Source: an uncultured bacterium (GTDB taxonomy: Bacteria > Krumholzibacteriota > Krumholzibacteriia > Krumholzibacteriales > Krumholzibacteriaceae). From it: DNA of 64,000 nucleotides. The notes below the pieces were generated by a model. That model did no database searches. It was not told the origin of the DNA and saw only the letters and a program-made list of their open reading frames with translations. The stretch is taken from the NCBI GenBank assembly GCA_963786935.1, contig CAWBAN010000004.1, positions 128,001-192,000 of the forward strand, read 5' to 3'. Position numbers and translations under genes: made by a program. Positions 38,201 to 46,735 of this stretch are shown piece after piece. Numbering within the stretch: position 1 is the first letter of the stretch; each line of letters opens with the position of its first letter.

Positions 38201-38376
38201 TCCTCGTACGTGTCGCGGAGCCCCGGATCGACGAGCCCGTTCTCCCCGGACTCAAGATACGCGGAGCCGTCCCGCGTCGGCCGCAAACCGGTCTTCGCCG
38301 CATCGCGGGCCGATGCTGAAGTCGAGAACAGGATCGCGAGGCACACACAGGCGACAACGAACGAAAGCCGGTTCAT
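35251..38376 (-). CDS. Secreted Cys-rich protein, paralogue 2 of 4
   Basis: Colinear with its neighbours over the full length; same CTD. Confidence 0.85.
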   Translation of the reverse strand: MNRLSFVVACVCLAILFSTSASARDAAKTGLRPTRDGSAYLESGENGLVDPGLRDTYEEAAVDTYCLVWYDFEPYSWQGWTRHDETAQPGNFFHVDDFAGLSGGSFGRLVPIEGTKSMWCGARPDGNDDYLCSWYDAPGYGNGWSQWLTTGAIAFTGAVTLSYHIVWDSETGYDVTKVEYDTGGDNWEDMASYDGAGNAVASHVIATTQARTKLRFRFDSDGAWSDQDGLWNSDGGCIIDSITVVDMGGFNSFVDFESAAVGAHGAGIWLGEPEPGFGMYSGLKNNLMDKDPCGENLGTQIVFFIGSPNPSSSYPGLYDTPFCQGLGGWGPPCQHEIVESPIIDMTKYSPGRTEYQNASIPAGDLPLLGGCTVRFTVYRDLPLWNLVFYIWHVRNVTGGCPGQWQDRNFVYYGSEMDYIHSTFDVSDLVAGDSLVVSFGAYSMCDVWYLTMGNCAQHTPSPWFDNVAVYRYKTSGPQWYYRDLDFFQDNFPELEFNIESYVRADAANDLRYDDDPVIDPGDSITLDCSSPLGGGIAADPTYGGPAVYLHVKATYISFDLAKPAQLAGPALAGSVVTGPTTAPYTIDFNYVSDDGVWTVIQCDTARTSGGIQRGRYMVDLNDELFTRGYMVEYYFTARDVAGLESALPRYARSGPPYFEWTCLPTKNSDVLFVDDFTGRGSFAGMVENYWTTVFNAVLAPPNNDVDRYDVNAPSSGVSNGPGSRAKNFQLTQYYIDIVWDCGDLPSITIASGSVSTGGDKSNDCQMLIDWMELSEHICGLWICGDNVAADQDNMATIPALTLMNTWCGVDFVATSYFNETGGRTAGGIVTPLITGETDAGIFVHAGVPDKFYAFGGCPIVNGFDVLEKTAFGKYALSYPVYNATNRYAAIASSQLNPGGFHVNTMWFGFSYMAIRDDVINAPIDRFELAKDVFQWMNSTTNANVTPAETPKFTKLAQNYPNPFNPTTTIKFDLKEKGFVTLKVYNVAGQLVRTLVEGERNAAAYSVDWDGANDRGAAVASGIYFYKMETKGFSQTKKMVLLR

Positions 38377-38401
38377 GTTCTTACCCCCATCGTCGGAACC
38401 G

Positions 38402-41400
38402 TTATCTCAGAAGCACCATTTTCTTCGTCTGGCTGAATCCCTTCGTTTCCATCTTGTAGAAGTAGATGCCGCTCGCCACGGCGCCGCCCCGGTCGTTCGC
38501 GCCGTCCCATTCGACCGAATAGGCCGCCGCGTCCCGCACGCCGTCGACGAGCGTCCGCACGAGCTGCCCGGCGACGTTGTAGATCCTGATCGTCACGGGC
38601 CCCTTTTCCTTCAGCTCGAACCTGATCGTCGTCGTCGGGTTGAAGGGATTGGGGTAGTTCTGCGCGAGCGTCGTGAACTTCGGTGCATCCGCCGGAGTGA
38701 CGTTCACATTCGTAGTGCTATTCATCCACGCGAACACGTCCCTCGCGAGCTCGAAGCGATCGATCGGGGCGGTGATCACGTCGTCGCGCACCGCCATGTA
38801 GCTGAATCCGAACCACATCGTGTTCGCGTGGAATCCGCCGGGGTTCAGCTGCGAGGACGCGATTGCCGCGTAGCGGCTCGTTGTGTTGTAGACGGGATAG
38901 CTGAGCGCGTATTTGCCGAAAGCGGTCTTTCCGAGCACGTCGAATCCGTTGATGATCGGGCAGCCGCCGAACGCGTAGAACTTGTCCGGAAAGCCGGCGT
39001 GAACGAAGATGCCGGCATCGGCTTCCCCCGTTATGAGCGGCGTGACGATGCCGCCCGCCGTGCGCCCGCCGGTCTCCTCGAAGTAGCTCGTCGCGACGAA
39101 GTCGACCCCGCACCATGTGCTCATGAGGTCGAGCGCCGGGATCGATGCGAGGTCGTCCAGATCGGCGGCGACGTTATCGCCGCAGATCCAGAGGCCGCAG
39201 ACGTGCTCGCTGAGCTCCATCCAATCGATGAGCATCCGGCAGTCGTTCGATTTGTCGCTGTTGACGGAGCCGTCCGAGATGGTGACCGACGGGAGGTCGC
39301 CGCAGTCCCAGACGATGATGTAATAGTATTGGGTGAGATGAAAATTCTTCGCGCGGCTCCCCGGCCCGTTCGACACGCCCGACGAAGGCCCGTTCACGTC
39401 GTACCGGTCCACGTCGTTGTTGGGCGGGGCCAGGACGGCCTTGAACACTGTCGTCCAGTAGTTCTCGGCCATTCCGGCGAACGAGCCGCGCCCCGTGAAG
39501 TCGTCCACGAAGAGAACGTCCGAGTTTTTCGTCGGGAGGCAGGTCCATTCGAAGTACGGCGGGCCCGAGCGGGCGTAACGGGGCAGCGCCGACTCAAGGC
39601 CGGCGGCGTCGCGCGCGGTGAAATAGTACTCGATCATGTATCCCCGCGTGAAGAGCGCGTCGTTCAGGTCGACCATGTATCTGGTCCGCATCTCGCCGTA
39701 GCCGGTCCGCGCCGTGTCGCACTGGATGATCGTCCAGACACCGTCGTCGCTCACGTAGTTGAAGTCGATCGTGTACGGGGCCGACGTAGGCCCGGTCACG
39801 ACGCTTCCCGCGAGCGCGGGGCCGGCAAGCTGGGCCGGCTTCGCATGGTCGTAGCAGATATACGTGGCCTTCGCGTGAAGGTAAACGGCCGGACCGCCGA
39901 ACGTCGGATCGGCGGCGATATCGCCGCCGAGGGGCGAGCTGCAGTCGAAGACGATGGAATCCCCCGGATCGATATCGGGCTCGTTGTTCGCCCGAATGTC
40001 GTTCGCCGCGTCGGCCCGCACGTAGCTCTCGATGTTGAACTCGAGCTCGGGGAAGTTGTCCTGGAAGAGATCGAGATCGCGGTAGCTCCACTGGGGGCCG
40101 GAGGTCTTGTAGCGGTACAGGGCGACGTTGTCGAACCACGGGGACGGCGTATGCGCCGCGCAGTTCCCGTTCACGAGATACCAGACATCGCACATGTCGA
40201 CGACGCCGAGGGCGATGGTCAGCGTATCGTTTCCCCTGACGAGATCGCTGATTTCATGGATCGAATGGATATAGTCCATATCGGGACCATAGTAGACGAA
40301 GCTGCGATCCATCCATTGCCCGGGGCATCCATGAATGATGTTCTGAACCTCCCACTGGTAGAACACGAGGTTCGGCAGCGGTATGTCGCGATACACGGTG
40401 AACCGGAATTTCCAGCCGGCAAGGGTAGGCAGCTCTCCCGGCGGAATGACGCCGTCCTGAACCTCGTTCCGCATGGTCGAATATTTCTTCCCGTCGATGA
40501 GGGGTGATTTGACCCGTTCAAACTGGCACGAAGCGGTGATCCCGCCGGGACCCGCGCAGAACGGTGTGTCGTAGAGGCCGGGATAGCTCGAGCTCGGATT
40601 CGGGGAGCCGACGAAGAATACGATCTGGGTTCCGAAGTTCTCTCCGCACGGGTCCTTGTCCGTGAGATTGTTCTTCAGGCCCGAGTAATTTCCGAAACCC
40701 GGCTCCGGCTCGCCGAGCCAGATCCCGACGGAGTGATCCCCGACCGCGGCGGTCTCGAAATCCTCGAAATCGTCGAGGCCCCCCGAGTCCGCCACGCGGA
40801 TGCTGTCGACGATGCAGCCGCCGTCCGTGTTGTAAAGGCCGTCCTGGTCGCTCCACGCGCCGTCCGCGGTGAAGCGGAAGCGGATCTTCGTGCGCGCCTG
40901 GGGAATCGCGATGAGGTTCGACGCGACCGTATTGCCGGCGCCGGTGTAGGCGGCCAGCTCTTGCCAGCTGCCGTTTCCGGCGTCGTACTCGACCCTCGTG
41001 TAGTCGTAGCCGGCTTCTGAATCCCAGACGATATGATAGGAGAGGTTTATGGCGCCGGAGAAGCTGATGGCGCCCGTCGTGAGCCATTGATTCCAGCCGT
41101 TCCCGTAGCCGGGCGCGTCCTCCCACGAGCAGAGGTAGTCGTCGTTCCCGTCCGGCCGGGTGCCGCACCACATCGATTTCGATCCCTCGATGGGGACGAG
41201 GCGGCCGTACGAGCCGCCGCTCAAGCCCGCGAAATCGTCCACATGGAAGAAATCGCCGGGCTGCGCCGTTTTGTCGATGCGCGTCCAGCCCTGCCAGTCG
41301 AACTGTTCGAAATCATACCACACGATGCAGTATGTATCGACGGCGGCCTCTTCGTAGAGACCGCGCAGCCCCGGATCGGCGAGGTCGTATGGCCCGGCTT

Positions 41401-41515
41401 CGCAGCTCGCCCTGACGGGCCGCAGGCCGGGCTTCGCCTCTTCGCGGGCCGCGACGGTCGAGGAGACAGATGCAGCGATGATTGCGATCGCGAGGATCGC
41501 CGAAAGAGCTTTCAT
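38402..41515 (-). CDS. Secreted Cys-rich protein, paralogue 3 of 4
   Basis: Start MKALSAIL signal peptide after a G-run RBS; colinear with the other paralogues. Confidence 0.85.
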   Translation of the reverse strand: MKALSAILAIAIIAASVSSTVAAREEAKPGLRPVRASCEAGPYDLADPGLRGLYEEAAVDTYCIVWYDFEQFDWQGWTRIDKTAQPGDFFHVDDFAGLSGGSYGRLVPIEGSKSMWCGTRPDGNDDYLCSWEDAPGYGNGWNQWLTTGAISFSGAINLSYHIVWDSEAGYDYTRVEYDAGNGSWQELAAYTGAGNTVASNLIAIPQARTKIRFRFTADGAWSDQDGLYNTDGGCIVDSIRVADSGGLDDFEDFETAAVGDHSVGIWLGEPEPGFGNYSGLKNNLTDKDPCGENFGTQIVFFVGSPNPSSSYPGLYDTPFCAGPGGITASCQFERVKSPLIDGKKYSTMRNEVQDGVIPPGELPTLAGWKFRFTVYRDIPLPNLVFYQWEVQNIIHGCPGQWMDRSFVYYGPDMDYIHSIHEISDLVRGNDTLTIALGVVDMCDVWYLVNGNCAAHTPSPWFDNVALYRYKTSGPQWSYRDLDLFQDNFPELEFNIESYVRADAANDIRANNEPDIDPGDSIVFDCSSPLGGDIAADPTFGGPAVYLHAKATYICYDHAKPAQLAGPALAGSVVTGPTSAPYTIDFNYVSDDGVWTIIQCDTARTGYGEMRTRYMVDLNDALFTRGYMIEYYFTARDAAGLESALPRYARSGPPYFEWTCLPTKNSDVLFVDDFTGRGSFAGMAENYWTTVFKAVLAPPNNDVDRYDVNGPSSGVSNGPGSRAKNFHLTQYYYIIVWDCGDLPSVTISDGSVNSDKSNDCRMLIDWMELSEHVCGLWICGDNVAADLDDLASIPALDLMSTWCGVDFVATSYFEETGGRTAGGIVTPLITGEADAGIFVHAGFPDKFYAFGGCPIINGFDVLGKTAFGKYALSYPVYNTTSRYAAIASSQLNPGGFHANTMWFGFSYMAVRDDVITAPIDRFELARDVFAWMNSTTNVNVTPADAPKFTTLAQNYPNPFNPTTTIRFELKEKGPVTIRIYNVAGQLVRTLVDGVRDAAAYSVEWDGANDRGGAVASGIYFYKMETKGFSQTKKMVLLR

Positions 41516-41743
41516 GTCCTTACCCCCCATCTTCCTAAGGACATGCTTCCGATGCCGTTCGGGATCTCCGGCGTGCACCTGATTCAGAGAGACGGCGGCG
41601 GCAGCTCTTTCTCCGACGCGGCGCCCGTTTCGCGAGCTCGCCCTTGGTGTAACGGAAGTGCCAGTGGGGGTGCGGTTTGGCAGTTTCCGCCGCAACTCAT
41701 CCGCGAAACTCGTTGATTTACCGCAGACTCAACCGCCATCCGC

Positions 41744-41772
41744 ATTCTACCACAAATCGGCCCGCGTGTAAA
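41744..41772 (-). promoter_or_regulatory. sigma70 promoter for paralogues 3-2-1
   Basis: TTTACA-17-TAGAAT with extended TG. Confidence 0.55.
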
Positions 41773-41860
41773 TCATTTCCTTGCGATGAATTGGATGCTA
41801 ATGATTTGCCCGGCGAAAGAACGATGTGCCCGGCGAAGCGAAAGAGTGATTTGCCCGGCG

Positions 41861-41895
41861 AAAAAAATGAGGGCCGGGAGGGGGGCTCCCGGCCC
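41861..41895 (-). terminator. Terminator after paralogue 4
   Basis: GGGCCGGGAG...CTCCCGGCCC followed by TCATTTTTTT on the minus strand. Confidence 0.7.
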
Positions 41896-41951
41896 AGGTG
41901 CGGGCTCGCTGTCTGATCGTTGTGCGTCGATCGAAGCTGTGCCCTGCCTCC

Positions 41952-44900
41952 TTATCTCAGCATGACCATCTTTTTGGTCTGGCTGAAGTTCTTCGTCTCC
42001 ATCTTGTAGAAGTAGATGCCGCTCGCCACCGCGCCGCCCCGGTCGTTCTTGCCGTCCCAGGTGACCGTGTACGAGTTAGCATCCCGCTCGCCGCTGACGA
42101 GCGTCCGCACGAGCTGGCCCGCGACGTTGTAGACCTTCAACGTCACGAATCCCTTTTCCTTCAGGTCGAACTTGATCGTGGTCGACGGGTTGAAGGGGTT
42201 CGGGAAGTTCTGGGCCAGCTTCGTGGACTTCGGCGTCTCCGCCGGGGTCACGTCGACGTTGATCGGATTCTGGAACCAGTTGAATACATCCGCCGCGATG
42301 TGGAAGCGGTCCGTCGGAGCGCTGGGCACATCGTTGCGCATGTACATGTAGCTGAATCCGAACCACATCGTCCGCGCCTCGAATCCGGCGGGGTTCGTCG
42401 TCACCGACTGGATGCCTGCGTGGCGCGCCGTGCTCTGGAACATCGGATAATCCAGCGCGTACTGTCCGTTCGCCGTCTTGTCGAGGACGTCGAACTGGTT
42501 GATGATGAAGCATCCGCCGTAGACGTTGAACTGGTCGGCGACGCCGGAATGATAGAAGATTCCGGACGAGGCGCCCTTGACGAGCGGGTTCACGATGCCG
42601 CCGCCCGTCCTGCCGCCGGTTTCGTTGAAGAAGCTGTTCGCGACGTAATCGACGCCGCACCACGAGCTCATGAGGGTCAGCGCGGGAGTCGATCCGAGCG
42701 CGTCGAGATCGAACGCCACGTCGTCGCCGCAAACCCACAGGCCGCAGCGGTGCTCGCTGAGGGTCATCCAGTCGACGAGCATCGCGCAGTCGTTCGACTT
42801 GTCGCTGTTGACCGTGCCGTCCGTGATCGTGGCGATCGTCAGGTTGCCGCTATCCCACACGATCGTGTTGTAGTTATCCGTGAGGTGCTTGTTTTTCGCG
42901 CGGCTTCCCGGTCCGTTCGACGCCGCGCTCGCGGCGCCCTGCACGTCGTACACGTCGGGCTGGTTGTTCGCCGGGAGCACCGCCTCGAACACCTTATACC
43001 AGTACGCATGCACCTGACCGATCAGGAAGTAATCGGGGCGCTCGCCGAAGTCGTCGACGAAGAGGATGTCGCTGTTCTTCGTCGGGAGGCACGTGAACTC
43101 GAGGTACTCCTGGAGCACGTTGTTCACGACCCCTCCGGCCGAGTTGTGGCGCGGCCACTTCGACTCGATGTTGAGCGCGTCCTTCGCGGTGAAGTAGTAC
43201 TCGATCTGGTATCCCCTCGTGAACAGGGAGTCGTTCAGATCGAACATGTACCAGTTGCTGACCGTCTGGCCGGAGACGATGGCGGTGTCGCCCTGGATCG
43301 TCGTCCAGGTGCCGTCGTCGCCCTTGTAGTAGCCGTACGTGCCCTGGAGCTGCGGTCCCGCGATCTTCGCGGGCTTCGCGAGATCCTCGCCGATGTAGGA
43401 GACCTTCACGTGCAAGTAGATCGCCGGATGGCCGCCGTCCCACGCGAGGCCGCCCGCGAGCGGCGAAGTGCACTGGAGCACGATCGAATCGCCCGGCCGG
43501 ATGATCGGGTTGTTGTTGGTGTTGATGTCGCTGGCCATGTCGGCGCGCACGTAGCTCTCGATGTTGAACTCGGTCTCGGGGAAGTTGTCCTGGAAGAGCT
43601 CGAGATCGCGGTACGACCACTGGGGGCCCGACGTCTTGTAGCGCTCGACGCGCACGTTGTCGATCCACGGGGACGGCGTGTGCGAGGCGCAGTTGCCGTA
43701 CACGAGATACCAGATGTCGCACATGTCGCGGCAGGTGAGGGCGATCTGGATCTTGTCCGCGGATACGAGGTGGCTCACGTCGTAGGAGGAGTAGATGTAG
43801 TCCTGGTTCTCGCCGTACCACACCCACGAGTCGTTCACCCACGGGCCGGGGCAGCCGCCCACGATGTTCCGGACGTACTCCTCGTAGAACACGAGGTTCG
43901 GCACCGCGAGATCGCGGTACACCGTGTACTCCATCACCGTGCCGCCGAGGAGCGGAAGATCGCCGGCCGGGATGGAGGCGTTCTGGACGCTGTTCTTCGC
44001 CGTCGAGTACTTCGTCATGTCGATGACGGGGGACACGATGTAATCGTTCTGGCACGGAGCCGACGTGCCGCCGCCTCCCTGGCAGAACGGCGTGTCGTAG
44101 AGGCCCGGATAGCTCGAGCTCGGGTTCGGCGATCCGATGAAGAACACGACCTGCGTGCCGAAGTTGTCGCCGCACGGATCCTTGTCCGTGAGGTTGTTCT
44201 TCAGACCGGAGTAGGAGCCGTACGCGGTGCCCGGCCGGCCGTGCCATATGCCGACGTCCACCGCGTTGACGGCCGCCGTCTCGAAGGTCTCGGTGTTGTT
44301 GATGAGGCCGCCTTGGTCAAAGAGGTGAATGTCGTCGAGGATCACGGGGCCGTCCGAGTTCCAGTTGCCGTCCTCGTCGCTGAAGCCGCCGTCCGCCACG
44401 AAGTGGAACCGCAGCTTCGTCTTCGCCTGCGTCGTCGCGATGACGTCCGTCGCGATCGTGTCGACGACGTTGTCGTACGTCGCGACCGTCTGCCAGTTGC
44501 CGCCGCCGGCGTCGTACTGGACGTAGGTGTAGTCGAATCCGTACTCGGAATCGAACTTGCCGTGATACGCGAGCGTGATCGCGCCGGCGAAGCTGAAGGC
44601 GTTCGTCTGGAGGTCCTGGACCCAGTTGTCGCCGTAGCCGGGAGCCGCGAGCCATCCGCACAGGTACGGATCGCTCGTGTTCGCCCGGGCGCCGCACCAC
44701 ATGGACTTCGCGCCGGAGATCGGTACGAGCCTGCCGTAGGAGCCGCCGCCGAGCCCGGAGAAATTGTCCACGTGGAAGAAGGTGTCATACTGAGCGGTCC
44801 GGTCGAGGCGCGTCCAGCCCTGCCAGCTGTTCGTTTCGAACGTGTACCACACGAGGTAGTAGGTATCGACCGCAGAAGCTTCATAGAAGCCGCGCAGGCC

Positions 44901-45047
44901 GGGATCCAGGAGTTCGCTTTCGTACTCCGCCGCGGACGTCGCGCGGTTCATGCGTACTCTCGATTTCGCATCCTCGCGCGCATAAACGGCGCTGGCAAGC
45001 GTCGCGACGAGGAATACGCAGAGAGCAACAGCCAACCATTTTTTCAT
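41952..45047 (-). CDS. Secreted Cys-rich protein, paralogue 4 of 4 (monocistronic)
   Basis: Start MKKWLAVALCVF; own promoter and terminator. Confidence 0.85.
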   Translation of the reverse strand: MKKWLAVALCVFLVATLASAVYAREDAKSRVRMNRATSAAEYESELLDPGLRGFYEASAVDTYYLVWYTFETNSWQGWTRLDRTAQYDTFFHVDNFSGLGGGSYGRLVPISGAKSMWCGARANTSDPYLCGWLAAPGYGDNWVQDLQTNAFSFAGAITLAYHGKFDSEYGFDYTYVQYDAGGGNWQTVATYDNVVDTIATDVIATTQAKTKLRFHFVADGGFSDEDGNWNSDGPVILDDIHLFDQGGLINNTETFETAAVNAVDVGIWHGRPGTAYGSYSGLKNNLTDKDPCGDNFGTQVVFFIGSPNPSSSYPGLYDTPFCQGGGGTSAPCQNDYIVSPVIDMTKYSTAKNSVQNASIPAGDLPLLGGTVMEYTVYRDLAVPNLVFYEEYVRNIVGGCPGPWVNDSWVWYGENQDYIYSSYDVSHLVSADKIQIALTCRDMCDIWYLVYGNCASHTPSPWIDNVRVERYKTSGPQWSYRDLELFQDNFPETEFNIESYVRADMASDINTNNNPIIRPGDSIVLQCTSPLAGGLAWDGGHPAIYLHVKVSYIGEDLAKPAKIAGPQLQGTYGYYKGDDGTWTTIQGDTAIVSGQTVSNWYMFDLNDSLFTRGYQIEYYFTAKDALNIESKWPRHNSAGGVVNNVLQEYLEFTCLPTKNSDILFVDDFGERPDYFLIGQVHAYWYKVFEAVLPANNQPDVYDVQGAASAASNGPGSRAKNKHLTDNYNTIVWDSGNLTIATITDGTVNSDKSNDCAMLVDWMTLSEHRCGLWVCGDDVAFDLDALGSTPALTLMSSWCGVDYVANSFFNETGGRTGGGIVNPLVKGASSGIFYHSGVADQFNVYGGCFIINQFDVLDKTANGQYALDYPMFQSTARHAGIQSVTTNPAGFEARTMWFGFSYMYMRNDVPSAPTDRFHIAADVFNWFQNPINVDVTPAETPKSTKLAQNFPNPFNPSTTIKFDLKEKGFVTLKVYNVAGQLVRTLVSGERDANSYTVTWDGKNDRGGAVASGIYFYKMETKNFSQTKKMVMLR

Positions 45048-45347
45048 AGCTCTTTCCCCCCAATGCTTGGAAAAGCCGGAATTGAAGACAGATCGTTGAT
45101 CGGTCCGATGTGCATCGCCCTCAGAATGATTCATCACCTCCGTTTCGAGTCGGGGCAGACTTCGTCCACGGCGAATCCGCGCGCGCCAAAACGCAACGAA
45201 TTAGCTGCGAACGTGGTGGGGTGCTAGTGGGGGTACTGGTCCTGGGGAAACAGGTGGGTTCGGCTCTCTATCAGGACATTCGGAAACGGAACGCTGCGTA
45301 TTTTCTACTATCCTATTCTGTCTTTACTCGACCTCCCGTCCACTCCT

Positions 45348-45376
45348 AATATGCAAAGCCATCGGCGAGCTGTCAA
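45348..45376 (-). promoter_or_regulatory. sigma70 promoter for paralogue 4
   Basis: TTGACA (45376-45371), 17-bp spacer, CATATT. Confidence 0.55.
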
Positions 45377-45554
45377 ATTATTTTACGCAAGAGGGACGGA
45401 AAAAGTTCCCGGTGAAATTGCGCCGTATGGAAATGAACGTATGGGAACGCCCCGTTTCCGCGAAAACGATAATCATTTGTTTTGTGATTTTGTCGTGGAT
45501 TCGACGCGGGAGACCTGCTATCTTTAACACGCTCATGAGCGGAGGTGCGATTCG

Positions 45555-45773
45555 ATGAGAGAGAAAGTCGAAGAAATCCTGAACCAGATTCGCCCGAGCC
45601 TTCAGGCCGACGGCGGGGACGTCGAGCTCGTCGACGTCGTTGACGGGGTCGTGAAGCTGAAGCTCAAGGGATCGTGCGCGGGGTGCCCCATGTCGCAGAT
45701 GACCCTTGCGTTCGGCATCGAGAGGGTTCTCAAGGAGAAGGTGCCCGAGGTCAAGAAGGTGGAATCGGTCTAG
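45555..45773 (+). CDS. NifU/Nfu C-terminal-domain Fe-S carrier protein
   Basis: IRPSLQADGGDVEL...LKGSCAGCPMSQMTL. Confidence 0.93.
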   Translation: MREKVEEILNQIRPSLQADGGDVELVDVVDGVVKLKLKGSCAGCPMSQMTLAFGIERVLKEKVPEVKKVESV

Positions 45774-45931
45774 TCGAGAAAACAAATACAACGCTATTAT
45801 TGACAGTATGTTATGCGGCCCCTGCTCTCCTGCGGGGGCCGCGCCGTTTTTGTCATGCTTCTTGCTCTTCTTTTCACCGGCATAGTTCGGCATAGGCCAG
45901 GGAAGATACTTCGCGCGCGGAGGAATGCACA

Positions 45932-46426
45932 ATGCGAAGCATTCGCGGCATTTTGGCGGGACCGCGGCGGCGCGATAGGCGCCGGCAGTCGTGGATTCGC
46001 CGCATCGGCGTCGCCGGATTCACGCTCCTCGAACTGCTCATCGTGATCGAGATCATCGGGCTCCTCGCCACGATCGTCATATCGAACTTCTACAAGTCGA
46101 AGAAGGCCGCCGAGGTGGCCGTTGTCCTGCAGAACATGAAGAACGTCCAAACCGCGCTCACCTCGTACTTCGCGATGGAGAGCGACTACCCCCAGACGCT
46201 CAATGCGATCTGGCTCCAGTTCTATAACGGCAGGATCGTCGAGGATTTCGAATACTGCAAGTTCGGCGGGGGCGGCGGGTGGAACTTCTTCGCGAGCAAC
46301 AGCCCCGACATCCGTTTCAACGGGCCGGGGCAGTTCGACTACGCCATCAAGAGCAAGAAGAGCCTCCTCCCGTACGCGCTCTACATCTACGGAGACAGCG
46401 CGACGGGGGCGAAGATCGTACACTAA
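45932..46426 (+). CDS. Type IV pilin / type II secretion pseudopilin-like protein
   Basis: Basic leader followed by G|FTLLELLIV prepilin cleavage/methylation motif. Confidence 0.8.
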   Translation: MRSIRGILAGPRRRDRRRQSWIRRIGVAGFTLLELLIVIEIIGLLATIVISNFYKSKKAAEVAVVLQNMKNVQTALTSYFAMESDYPQTLNAIWLQFYNGRIVEDFEYCKFGGGGGWNFFASNSPDIRFNGPGQFDYAIKSKKSLLPYALYIYGDSATGAKIVH

Positions 46427-46547
46427 CGCGGGTCCTGTCGGCGATTGCACCCCGCATGACGCGGGTCCTGTCGGCGATCGCACCCCGCCGGTGCTCACTC
46501 GCAAGGCTCGCTGCGCGCCCGGCGGGGGCCCCATCGCCGCCACCCGC
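46427..46547 (-). repeat. Repeat family B: two tandem 29-bp cores plus extension
   Basis: CGCGGGTCCTGTCGGCGATYGCACCCCGC at 46427 and 46460; reverse complement of 10021-10110. Confidence 0.85.
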
Positions 46548-46735
46548 TAACAGTGCTCAAACAAGGCCCCACCGGCGTCACCCGCTACCAGTGCCCCATC
46601 AAGGGCCCATCGCCGTCACCGGCACGAACAACCTCCAAGCAAAATCCCCTCTTTCGCGGCAGTGCGCGTTGCCGTATCATATCCCCGGCCGGTTCCATCA
46701 CGCGGAACGTCATATGCAACGCAAAGGAGCGGCGC

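Noticed and set aside
32127..45047. Diversity-generating retroelement or invertase-driven shufflon acting on the paralogue array
   Set aside because: No reverse transcriptase, recombinase, adenine-specific TR/VR pair or inverted cassettes seen in the window
45465..45483. Fur box (CGATAATCATTTGTT) upstream of nfu
   Set aside because: Only one half-site matches well; too weak to call, though plausible for an Fe-S carrier gene
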